Below the pieces are notes generated by a model that saw only the letters and a program-made list of their open reading frames with translations, was not told the origin of the DNA and made no database searches. From Basidiobolus meristosporus CBS 931.73 (lineage: Eukaryota > Fungi > Basidiobolomycota), in the NCBI GenBank assembly GCA_002104905.1, contig MCFE01000344.1, forward strand, positions 26,565 through 90,564: a DNA stretch of 64,000 nucleotides, written 5' to 3'. Each line of letters starts with the position of its first letter. Position 1 is the first letter of the stretch. The position numbers were made by a program, and so were the translations under genes. Shown in pieces: positions 14,519 to 27,408 of the stretch.

Positions 14519-17313
14519 ACTGTAAGCCATCTAGGAGACTCTGCACCTTGCACACAAGCTCATGAGATCTTTGTGAGCATTGACTGTGTTGTATTCTTGC
14601 CATGGTTGTTTCAAAGTAAAAGTAATAACTTTGCAACTAAGTTGTTGAGTGAAAGGTACAGAAGCAACTAGAGCCTAGAGTTGCTTCCATTATCTTGATG
14701 ACATTATAAATACCCAGGTAAAACCTAAGCCACTCATACACCTTGAGATTTTATATTGCCTTTTTTTATACTATAGAACATTTATTTAAGATTTGGCTTG
14801 TGAGATATTTGCCAATTCTCAGAATCAGTGAAAGTCTAGAAGTTAATAGGCTTCTCAAACTTGACCAAAAGCCCTCAATTCTTGTATGCCGCCTTCTAGA
14901 ACTTTACTTAAATATTACCATCATTAGTCTCACAGAGCTCACACAAAAGCATTGATGCTTTATTCGAGCTCAATACAACCACCAGTAAGCACCATGCTAT
15001 TCTTCTTGTTCTCCAAGTCACTTCCAATACAAGGCCTGGGCACAAGGAATCTTGGTAAATATACCCAACTAAAATCTTCATACCGATTAGGGTCAAGCAA
15101 TAATAAAACGAATATACTATGATCCAAGTTACAAAGTATTCCACAAGATCCTCCACACCACTGTTGAAGTCAAAGTCAAGTGCCATGAAGTTTATATTGA
15201 GGTATATACAGTATCTCGGCATACATTATGACTATGATAACCTGACGTACATATACACATATAGACATTATTGGGTAATTCCCTCTTCAGAGCATTCTTG
15301 AGAGTTTAGAATACTTTGACTTACGGCTAATGTTGTATGGTATGCGCAGATTCTTTCAAGCTGGGGTGATACTGAAGCTTACCATAAGGCCTGACTTGAT
15401 AAATCGGGAAGTTCAACCACAACTTCTGAAAGCCCCAAATCACTTCCAGGCCACTTTCAACACACTATACCATTGTTGAAACCTTTTCGCATTAAATAGA
15501 CGCTACAATTGATAAGAGTGTATCAAGGCTTGTTGTTACGACCCGAGTATAAGATTAAGCACAAAAATCGGCCATTCCTGCATTATCTAGTAAGCCTCAG
15601 CAACTCCGACTAGATTCAATAATTCCACATCCCTTCCCACCCGTGTGATATAGTGAATTATGTAAGGGATTACTTTTGTAACATAATAATGACGGAAAGT
15701 GGCTTAAACACTTCAAGCATAGTGCGAGATATGACAAATCATGATCACAATAGGAGTTGGAGAATGGTTGGGATACACTGTTCATGTTTCGGGGTATGTC
15801 ACATCACAGAATCCAAATTATCGTGTTCCATGGAGATAAGTTGATGCGGCAAGGTTGCACAAACAGGAATACATCTCAGATGTTGATGAAGAAATTCCAT
15901 TCATGTTTTAGCTCAGATATAGCATGAAAGCCTGGAATACACATCCACGGATCAACCAATGACCAAGTTATGAAATACGTTTACCCATCAAATGGCAATT
16001 AGTGAAAGTGCAAACAAAGTGACCGATTTTGGTAGAAGTTGACATTTCCACTATATGAGCCTTTAACCCAGCGCCTAACTTAGCACGTAATAAAGGAATA
16101 TCTTCTGAAGAGTCGATGATGTCAAAGAAACTCCTTATGCTGGTTTAGGTTGACAGTGTAGTGTACAAATCGCGATGTGGGATCGATTAAATCAGGATTA
16201 ATGATTCGGGAATCATGATTGGGGTGTGTAACATCCGCCATATAAGACATATGACATGCAATGAAAATCGCAAGGTTTCCCTGATGATGGCAGCAATCCA
16301 CCAAGTTGGAGTGACACCACTTCTATTCCATTCCATCCGGGTAACACCACTTCTATTCCACTCCCTTTTATAATGTAACAGCTTATTTCGTATATGTTTG
16401 TTAAGCAAATTTAGCCATAATTGTCGCCGTAACTTGCCCCCCAGTCTAACTAGCCATCCGAGCAGGTTTTGACATCCTGAATCAAGGCAACGCCATGGTT
16501 TTAGAGTGGTACCTGGTATGATCGCCCAGTTTCCAGAATTTCAATTGTAGAGCACGATATTATCGAATTTGGTATCCTACTTCCACATCTCCTATTATGG
16601 ATTATTTGCGTACATGTTTATATCGACATGGCAAGAACATGAATGGATGATACGATTTTCCTATTTGCGAATTCCAATCTGCTTTGGTGATTCTCTTCCT
16701 GCTTGCTTTGATATCATCCCACCTGTCATTATACAACCATGCCTTCAATGCCCGTTCACTTACCTGCTGCTGCATTGCTTGAGCTCGATAATTGCTTTTT
16801 CACCAGGATTTCCTCGATTTTCCCTGGTTGTTGGTGCTTTGGCTGGTGCTTTGGCTGGTGCTTTAGTGATTTCAACACCGTATCCAAACATCTTGGTGAA
16901 ATTCTACTGGGTAGTCACTGCTGGCCAATCAGTGCCTGCTATCCCACTCAAACTACCTCCATTGAGGAGACCCTTCCATCAACCACTCAAATCGAATGGA
17001 ATTTAATTAGAGCCAATAAATAAGGATTCCCAATAGACGCCCTCAAATTAGCATATAAATTGGGTCGAGGGCAAGGCGATATTTCGTTCATCTCATCTTC
17101 TTATACTCATCAGCCTCCTTCATCTCAACAGAAGCTTTTGTGGTAGCACAACACAGTTCCTGGAACAGACATCTAGCAAGCTCAACCGAAATAGGCTTTC
17201 AAAGGAATCCAATTCCTCCACCTACGGTTTTATCTCCACTCTGATCGCATAGAGGTGTCCATTGCCCCGCTCCAATTTTACTTCTTTCAAACATACCACT
17301 GATCCAGCCCGAA

Positions 17314-18380
17314 ATGAACGTCACCAAGGCTAGCGCTCACCCATTGCCCGCCGTCCAAGCATGCTCCCAGAGAAATCCTGCAGCGGGCGCCAGCTTCACC
17401 TTCCAGATTTCTTCCAGTAAGTTGAGGCTGTTTTCATGTGGACTTTACCCCACAGCTCTGACCCTTTGGTGATTGATTTAGATAGCAGCTCGAAGAAGTG
17501 TGTCAACTCCGCCCAGAAGCGTGCCAACCACAATGCAGTGGAGCGCGCTCGCCGTGAGTGTTTGAACAACAAGTTCCAAGAGCTTGCATGGGCCATCCCT
17601 TCCCTCCACTATGTTCGCAAGCCTTCGAAATCGATCATCGTTCAGAAGTCCCTGGATTTTGTCCAGAGAGCGAAGACGTATGCCCAGGTGTATGTCAAGG
17701 AGGTCGACACCCTCCGGGAAGAGAACAAAACCCTCCGTGAGGAGCTCAACGAGCTAAGACACCAGATGGGGCTTCCCTTGTTGCCTATGAAGGCTGAGCC
17801 TACCCCTCTTCCCCCTATTGTGGACATGATCGATGACTGCTGCACTGATGCCACCGGGTCGAATCCAAAGATCCATGACGAGGACTGCAAGTCCAAAATG
17901 GAACTTAGATCGGACGATGATCCGGAGACGATCAGTACCGATGACGATTGCGAGCATGAGTCCTCTCCCTCCAGTCAGCAAACCACCCCGAGCAGCAACA
18001 ACTCTACTTGTTTCGACTTCAACCTGAACTCTGAGCTTGGGTCCGACATCAACTGCATGAACCAGGGATCTTTGGAACCATACGTGATCAACAACAACTG
18101 CTACAATTTGCAAGGCGAAACCTACCAACCCGGAGACCTGGACATTTTGAATCAGCCCATGTACCTGAGTGACGACGCAAGTAACTGTTTCTTGGCCCCT
18201 GATATGAGTGGGTTTTTTTCGTCTTCCTTGACCACTACCATGACCATCCCAAGCACCAACATTCTGGAAGACGCTTCCGTCCCTAGTAGCTCCGTCTACC
18301 TTGGCCTCGACCCTTCCCTCACAAGCATGCCGTGCATGACGTTGGGCGGTAACTACGTACCCAAGTCGAGTCTAGCTTAG
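17314..18380 (+). CDS. bHLH-Zip transcription factor (one likely intron at ~17418-17487)
   Basis: KRANHNAVERARRECLNNKFQELAWAIPSL...KPSKSIIVQKSLDFV followed by a heptad coiled coil. An upstream exon MNVTKASAHP... ends at a gtaagt donor. Confidence 0.85.
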
Positions 18381-21300
18381 CCAGGGATGCCTCGCCGAAA
18401 CATACACCCACTGTAATTATTGTTAATTTCATCTTTATTCTTCGCTCGGTGTTCCGCTGTTCGAACACATCGGATTGGATACAACGCGTAGTGTTGATTA
18501 GACCATCACTGCCACCATTCATCAGATCGCCACTGTATATTACTTGGGAACCCCACCCACCTAATAAACCTATGAGATATAGATCTTACATATATGGCGC
18601 GTGCCATCAAATCTGCCTCAAATTAGGCGAAGCGTGTCGCGTTCGTGAGGGTGGCTTTCAAATCGGGGTCGAAGTATTCACAGATCATGAGGAAAACTGG
18701 CCAGCTGGCAAACCAGACCTGGATCCAAGAACCCAAGCACCTCTTTGGAAAATCCATTCCAAACTTTAAACCGCTCTAGTCACTTGAGCGTTGCCATCTT
18801 GGTAATGAAAAGAAGTAACACGGAAGGTACATATTCGGAGGCTCTACCGTGCAGGCGAAATTTTTTTCGATTCATGCCAATCAAAGGGGCGACGAGACGC
18901 ATAATTGTTGCTCCACCTCTTGCTAGGCCAGATGTCCATTTTCGCCAATCATGCGTAATTTCTCGATTGGTTCCCACTGCTCCAAAAGTCCCCCATCGGA
19001 TTGGTGGATATGGGCGGATATGGGCGGATACATGGTAAATGCGATGTTTTGAATGGGGTCCACTCGAATATTATGGCTCTTCTAGTCTAGGCTGACGAGG
19101 AAACCATAATAATGCCTGCTGGAACCAAATATCAAACGATTGCAAACTAGGAAATTGTATACTACGGGTGTATACCATGGGTGCCAACTGGGAATTTGTG
19201 ATATGAGGGGGTTCGGGTCAAGATAAAACCATGTGTTGTGCATGCAGAGTCTCACCCCATACGTGTTAATGAACAATGGCGAACCAAACAGCGATGGCAC
19301 TGGGTGATATCATCGATTTCCCCAGTATATGCACTTGCCTGAGGCTGATACATCATTGTGCTAACACCAAGAGATGAAGGTATATTATAGGAGAGGCCCC
19401 CTTCAATCAGGAGTTGGATTCAAACTAGAATAGGTAGGACGACTTAATCGATGACCAGCACTGTATCCCATCGCCCACCCATCACTAGCCCACCTTGTAC
19501 CCTGCCAATTTTCCAATCCCCTGCCTGTGTCATTGCTACCTGGACAGGGTCCCATGCGGCTTGAAATTATCCTTGTATTGTGGATGCAAATGATCGATAG
19601 AGTTTTACTGACTTGCTTCGATATCTGGTGAGTAAATTGGCCTGTGTCACTCAACATCGATAAAGTCAGTGGAAGCGCACAAGGAATGGTTGTGAACTGT
19701 TGTGAATTGTTGGCCAAGCAAGCGATCACCGGTTTTGCTTGGTCGAAAGAAATTGTTCGGGAGCCATGACCAGATTAACATGGTTTTACACCAATATTGG
19801 TGGGGAGAAATCGGGGCGATTGACGAGGTCTCACAAATGAGTGAATCGGGAAAGAATCACCGATGCAGCATTGTCAATGGCATGGAACACATTATCGGAC
19901 ATGGCGCCCGTCAATTCCTGTTTGCTGACCCCGAGCCTTTGATCTCTAGCGGGCTTTATTGCCACAATATTTACGCTGGTCTAAGGTCCATTCCTAACTT
20001 GTAACATCGCCAGTAAGTTCAACCGGCCAAAGGTTTCAGTAAGTGATCATCGAACATGCCAAGAAATTTAATGCCAATTCGGTGTGGTCATCGGAGTTTT
20101 AAGTGGGATAATCGGTTGCTCCTCATAAAGAAAGATGATCTACTAAAGAGTTGTCGAATGTAACGCACGTATGCTACCAGCTAAATCATCAATAAAATCT
20201 CGCTTGTTTGGTTACGCAGGGAGGAGAAAGGAAATGGATCGTTTGTATTGGCGTGCGTAACCAGAGAATAGATGGATTTAGAGCGAGGTGCCACTCGGCT
20301 AGACTTCTTAGCAACACACCTGACATCGAATATGGAGGCAGATTGCACTATCTCTCACACCATTTCCAAACCCTAAAAATCGCTCCCCATTACATCAGTT
20401 GCACGTGCTTTCCTTCATATTGGTTTAGCGGGAAAAATCTCATCCCAGGATTTCATTGGCCATAGGAAGCGAGTAAAGTCAAGGGGAGATCCGAAGAACT
20501 CTGAATTGACACTGCTTGTACCCACAATTTCGATTGACCATTCAGAGCTCTGTACTCATCGAGAATCATGGGAATTTGATGATTCCGATAATATCGAGAC
20601 ATCCAAACCATTCGGACACCAGATTACTTGAGCATGGGGAGGCATGGGAAAGCGTATGTGTTCAGGTGCGTCAGTAAACAAGCCTGCTTAAGGCAGGGTG
20701 CTATTGATAGTGATTGAAGTTAAATTATGCATAACACATAGATTCCATGTTGATTTTCATTCCCTGATTTCGCATTATATTTTCCTCAATCCTTTCTTCT
20801 ACAATGTATCAACTTGGAATTGTTGATTTGTCCATATATTATTGATGGATATACCGCGCCTGCTGCTTGATTGTGGTTGTTCTCGAGGTTAAGCGCAAGT
20901 TTAATTGCGATTTATGTCTTTTGTTTAGGCTCCTTTGGTGTGCACACCATATATGCTGTCTGTATTGATATCTGTCTTTACGAGCTACCAAGCGTAGGTC
21001 TAATTCCTGGTGATAATAGCTGTCAATTCATACGAATGTATTTTTATGCGCAGTGTGCGGTATTTACACCGACGTATACCCATTTAATGTGCAGGTGCTC
21101 CTCATATTCCTAGTTTTGTTTCTTTCAGCATGAATACTTCTCTTATAAATATATGGTTGCCATAGAGAGGCATTGCAAGAGAGTGTCCGAGTTATCATAT
21201 CTCTATACCTGATCAGTTCTGGGCCGTTGCAAGTTCGGTTCTTCTAGATTGTGCATGGTACGAAATATATACGCTTTCAAGTTCTCATTACTGCATGAAT

Positions 21301-22046
21301 CTGTACGAATCTGTATGAATCTGCCCACATTCCTTAATAGTTGATTACAATTTCTTTTAATAAATCCAATCTTCTCAACTCTACCAGCGGATGTCTTAGA
21401 ATGTTATCTCATGAATCAACGTAACTTGCATATCTATGGTTCCTTATGATGTAATATGAGTATTGGGGTTTTGCTGTAAAAGATTTTTGAAAGTGCGTAT
21501 TTGGGGTTACTAAAGCATCCAGTATATCCTTGACAATTAGCTCATAAAGCATTGGACTCGATCCTGATTTTTGGAATTCCCCTGCGTGAAGTGGTTATAT
21601 TCCTGCTCAACTTGAAAATATCATTAAAGAACCCTGATAACTAAAGTTATGTCAAAATCTCTTGTGCCTCTGAAAATATATAGTGCTAGAGAAGTTGTAC
21701 TAGTGTCATCATATACTGGGGATTATATTTTAGCGGTTCACTGCTGTAAGCAATTAGCTTATACCCAAATTGCTAATATGCTTAAGGATTCCAGTACCTT
21801 TTGCTAAGTTTTTTATTTACTTGCAGCTTGCTTGAAAATCCTAGCTAATTGATAAATCAGTGAAGGTCTGGAAGATATCATAACCTCAAATATATCCAAA
21901 AGACTTCAGACTTTGCACACTACTCTTGAATCTACTGCAGCGCATCAATAATATTGGCTCTTCAGAACTTCTCCAAAAGTATGAATACTATGCTTAAGCA
22001 AACAACAAAAGTGGTGTTAATCATATAAATGCTATGTAGTTGTATT

Positions 22047-22395
22047 TGTTGTAAAAATTCGTAATTACACCTAAATATTCACCTAATTTAGTCATTAAGA
22101 TCATTACCTACAAATCTTCAAGAATTCTGACAAAACTCCTTGTCAAGATTTACTTTGAGAACTTTCATGTTCTGGTTACCTATTATATAAGTGAAAATAT
22201 TCCAAGTTGCCCATACAGCCCCAAACCTTGCACATATGTTCTTAGGACCTTCTTGACCATATTTTATGTGGTTATTTTGCCAAGAATATGTAAAAGCATA
22301 AACACTACCTTTACATTCAATAAATCACTAAGTGAAAGCCACATAATCTACTTGTTCTCTCAATCACTTCCAATATCTCCTAGACTCTTGCAACA
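22047..22395 (+). repeat. Older solo Copia LTR carrying the inverted internal segment
   Basis: TGTTGTAAAAATTCG...CTCTTGCAACA, ~349 bp, diverged from the young LTRs. No matching TSD (gtatt/gatat). Confidence 0.9.
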
Positions 22396-22720
22396 GATAT
22401 AACCTGAAGAGCTAGAAGAGTTGCATGCTGCTCATACAGTATATCAAGCTCAAGTATAGGGTCACAATTTAAAAAAGATCCTGGGATATGTTGTGGATGA
22501 ATCACGGGCATTGCATTAGATTAAAGAATCCCAATAACTTGTAAGCCTTCATTATTTCTAAGGATTGGTAAATATCTTACAAGCTAGTTCTCGAGTAACT
22601 GCTGAGTTGATAGTAAGCGGATTAGAATCATCAACTATATAATGGGTTAAGGTGTATGCTAAATATCTATAATAGCTCTTACTCAGTGGCTTATTCAACG
22701 TATTCTCCAAGTGTAAATAC

Positions 22721-25700
22721 TGTTGTAAAAATTCGTATTTTCCACCTAAATATTCACCTAACTTAGTCACTTAGATCATCACCTTCAAATCCTAGAGAAT
22801 ACTGACCAAATTCCTTGTCGGGATTTACTTAGAATATTTTCACCAAAATACCAGGTACCCAGAACATGAAAATTCTCAAAGTTGTCCAAACAGCCCCAAA
22901 CTTTGCACACATGTTCTTGGGACCTTCCTTAACCTATTCTACGTGTTTGTAATGCCAAGACCATGTAAAAGTATAAATACTACTTTTACATTCAATAAAT
23001 CATTAAGTGAAAACCACATAATCTACTTGTTCTCCAAATTACTTCCAATATCTCCAAGACTCTTACAACAGGTTATGAGCCCCGAGCTGTCACTCTCTGC
23101 AATGTCTACTACTGCTATTACTGGAATTTTTCCCTCTGCTGAAAAGTTGGATGGATCTAACTACCAAGTGTGGAAGGTGAAGATGAAGATGCTGCTACAA
23201 GAAAGAGGCCTTTGGGATATTGTCATGGGAGAAGAATGCCCTCCTAAAAACGTGGGAGAGGAAGCCTTAAAGTACCAGAAGAAAGAACAAAGTGCCTTTA
23301 ACTGCATTTGCCTTAATGTCAAGGACAAATTGCTAATTCAATGCTCAAGAGCAAAAACGGCAAAGAATGCCTGGAAGGCATTAGAAGACACCTACCAGTC
23401 ATGTTCAGCTGCCAAGAAAATGTATCTGAGAAGAAAATTCTTTACTACAAAGATGCTGCCAGGAGAAGAAATGAAAAATCTAATTAACAGAATTACCCTG
23501 CTGGTAGATGAGATGGAATCTGTGGGCGTACCAACTACTGATGAGGATGTGATAGTTACCATCCTGAATAGCCTGACAGACGAGTTTCAGGGCCTTGTAT
23601 CAGCCCTAGAGTCCAGAACTGAAGATTTGACCTTAAATTACGTATATGGAAGGCTCCTGGATGAAGAATTAAGAAAATCAAGCGCCAATAAGAAGGAAGA
23701 AGAAAATGCATTAATAAGCAATGATAACCAACAAAGGAGGTACCCAAGACCCTACAAAGGCAACAGCAACCTATTTTGCAACTACTGCAAAAGGAAAGGA
23801 CACACATCAGACCGGTGTTTCAAAAAGAGAGATTATCAGCAAAAGAAGCCTGAATATGGAAATGCTGCAACAACTGAAGATAGACTATTCATATCTGCAC
23901 TAAATATGACCACAAACAAGGATTCTCAGACGTGGTATATTGACTCTGGAGCTTCTCAACACTTTACACACCAAAAAGAACTTTTTACCCAATATCAAGA
24001 AATTCCAATTAAGAAGGTTTTCATGGGTGACGATAGAACACTTGATGCAGTGGGAGAAGGAACTATCCAAGTAAACCTTAGAAGCAGTGAAGGAAGCCAT
24101 ACACTGACCTTTAAAGAAGTACTCTATGTACCAGAAATAGCCAAGAACCTACTCTCTGTAAGCAAGGCCACAGCAGAAGGACTCAGTTTCAGTTTTGACA
24201 ATTCTGGATGCAGGATCACTGATCAAAATGGTGCTCATATTGCTTCGGGCATCAGAGATCAGAACCTATACAAGTTGACTTATATTCCATCATATCTGGA
24301 AGCCAATATAAGTAACTTAAATGAAGAAACACCAATGCTTTGGCACAGGAGATTTGGACACATCAATTTTGATTATTTGCGCAAAATGATCAAAGATCAG
24401 CTAATTTCTGGAGTGAAAATTGATCCCCCAGCTAATTTGGAGCACTGTGAAGCCTGCATATATGGGAAACAAGCCAGACAACCGTTCAAGAGCTCTGGGT
24501 TAATCAAAACTAAGAAAAAATTAGATCTAATTCACTCAGATCTGTGTGGACCTATGCAAAATTTATCCTTAGGCGGGATGAAGTATTTAATCACTTTTAT
24601 TGATGATTATACAAGATACACATGGGTCTACTTCATGGAGAGAAAGGAAGAAGCTCTGTCTAAGCTCAGGGAGTTTAAAGCTATGGTGGAGAGAGAAACT
24701 GGTGAAAAAATCAAGAAAATACGCTCTGACAATGGTGGAGAATATACCTCAAAACTCTTCATCCACTTCTGCAAAATTCATGGGATAAAGCAAGAGACTA
24801 CTGTACCATACTCCCCACAGCAAAATGGAGTAGCAGAACGAGCTAACAGATCAATAATTGATATGGCAAGATCTATGATCCATGATCAAAAATTATCCTA
24901 TGATTTTTGGGCGGAATCAGTTGCCACTGCTGTATACCTTAAAAATAGGAGTTATAACAGAATACTTCGTGATTCTACTCCATTTGAAGCATGGTATGGA
25001 TACAGACCAAGTGCAGAACATCTAAGAATATTTGGGTGCACAGCATATGCCAAAAAACTGGCCGGAAATCAGTCAAAATTTGAGCCAAAAAGTGTAAAAT
25101 GCATATTTTTGGGCTACTGCAATGAGAGTAAGGCATACAGACTCTACAATACCGAAGCAAAGAAGCTTATCAAGTCCAGGGATGTGTTGTTTGATGAAAA
25201 TTCAAAATTTTCACAAAAAATGACATCAGATGATGACGAAAATTTGATCTCAAGTCCACCAATTGTCAGGATTGAATCAGAGCAAAACAATGAAAATTTT
25301 TTCACTCCAGAGGACTCTACAACCGTGGTTCAGCCAGAATCAGTGCCCAGGAATATCCCAGAAGTGATCATTCCAGTATCAAATGCCCGGAGATCCAATC
25401 GGACAAGAAATAGCCCAAATTACTATATCAATGAGGGTACAAACTTAGCCTATGCCTATTCAGTCCATGTTGATGAACCCCAGACTGTAAAAGAGGCCCT
25501 AAATAGCCCTCAGACGAAGTTTTGGAGATCTGCAATGACTGAGGAATATCAGGCACTGATGGAAAATCAAACTTGGGACTTAGTCAAATTACCAATCAAC
25601 CGAAAATCAATTGGATGCAGATGGGTCTTCAAGACAAAATACAAGGCTGATGGTACAATTGAAAGATACAAAGCAAGACTTGTAGCCAAAGGATACTCTC

Positions 25701-27408
25701 AAACAAAAGGACTTGACTATACTGAGACCTTTGCACCGGTAGCCAAGTTTAATTCCATCAGATTAATATTGGCTATTGCAGCCAAATATAAGTTTTTTAT
25801 TCATCAAATGGATGTAAAAACTGCATTTTTGAATGGAGAACTTGATGAGGACGTGTATATGGACCAGCCTGATGGGATATGTTGACCAAGATAACCCCCA
25901 TTTGGTCTGCAAGCTTAAAAAGTCACTATATGGTCTCAAACAATCACCGAGAGCCTGGAATTGCAAGATAGATTCTTATTTGGAATCTTTGAGTTTCAAA
26001 AGGAGTAATGCTGACTATAGTATATACTATAAGCCAGATAGAGCAAATCCAGTTCTATTAGCTCTATATGTGGATGATCTTATTATAGCCGCCAATAACC
26101 TAGAAACATTGGAAGAGACTAAATCCAGCCTATCTAAGGAGTTCAAGATGTCTGATCTAGGAGAACTTAGTTACTACTTAGGGATTAAGTTCTCCATAGA
26201 CAGAAGTACCCAGACTATTACCCTAAGCCAATCCAAGTATATTCAAGATATACTAAAGAAGTACAAAATGGAAGACTGTAAACCGGCAGCTACCCCAATG
26301 GAGACAAACCTTAACTTGGTCAAAACTCAACCAAATCAAGAGAGCTTGGTGCCATCTGAAAGCCCTGACTTTCCTTATCAATCTATGGTCGGCAGTCTGA
26401 TGTATATCATGCTTGGAACACGTCCAGATATCTCATATTCAGTGGGAGTTGTCAGCCAACATAATCAGAGCTATGGATCTGATCATATTGCAGCAGTTAA
26501 GCGGATTTTTAGATACCTAAAAGGAACTGCTGATATCTGCCTAAGATACACTTATAAGGACTCAGAACAAGATCTTGTGGGATACTCTGATGCAGATTGG
26601 GGACGAAATTTAGAAGACAGAAGATCCACCACAGGATACACCTTTCTTTACTGTCAAGGAGCAATTTCATGGAATTCAAGAAAGCAACCAACCGTAGCAC
26701 TTTCTACTACAGAGGCAGAGTATATGGCAGCCTGTGAAGCTACAAAAGAAGCAATGTGGTTAAGAAAGCTCTTTACAGATTTAGGCCTATGTCAAAAAAC
26801 GCCTATTACTTTATTTCAAGATAATCAAGGATGTATACAATTAGGTAGAAATCCAACTTTTCATGCTAGAACCAAGCACATAGATATTAGACATCATTTC
26901 ATACGTGAAGCTATAGAGAACAACTTAGTTAGCTTAGTTTACTGTCCTACAGATGAAATGATTGCAGACATATTTACCAAACCATTAGCTAGAGACAAGT
27001 TTGAATATCTTAGGTCAAAATTGGGACTAGTTAGTATGAACATTTAGCTGAGTGGGAGTGTTGTAAAAATTCGTATTTTCCACCTAAATATTCACCTAAC
27101 TTAGTCACTTAGATCATCACCTTCAAATCCTAGAGAATACTGACCAAATTCCTTGTCGGGATTTACTTAGAATATTTTCACCAAAATACCAGGTACCCAG
27201 AACATGAAAATTCTCAAAGTTGTCCAAACAGCCCCAAACTTTGCACACATGTTCTTGGGACCTTCCTTAACCTATTCTACGTGTTTGTAATGCCAAGACC
27301 ATGTAAAAGTATAAATACTACTTTTACATTCAATAAATCATTAAGTGAAAACCACATAATCTACTTGTTCTCCAAATCACTTCCAATATCTCCAAGACTC
27401 TTACAACA
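22721..27408 (+). mobile_element. Ty1/Copia LTR retrotransposon, copy 2 (4688 bp, +1 frameshift in RT)
   Basis: 350-bp LTRs at 22721-23070 and 27059-27408 (one C/T difference seen). TSD AATAC. Same PBS and PPT as copy 1. Confidence 0.98.
23075..27047 (+). pseudogene. Copia Gag-Pol split by a single-base insertion near 25875
   Basis: ORFs 22943-25885 and 25833-27047 together equal the copy 1 protein. Copy 2 reads gatgggatatgttgac against gatgggtttgctgac in copy 1 (one extra base). Confidence 0.9.

Noticed and set aside
16310-16365. Short direct repeat (acaccacttctattcca x2) and a 12-bp repeat x3 at ~16831-16865
   Set aside because: Too few units and no unique spacers. These are simple slippage duplications, not a CRISPR-like array.
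18400-21400. 3-kb gene-free stretch with several short ORFs
   Set aside because: No recognisable motif or consistent exon chain in any frame.
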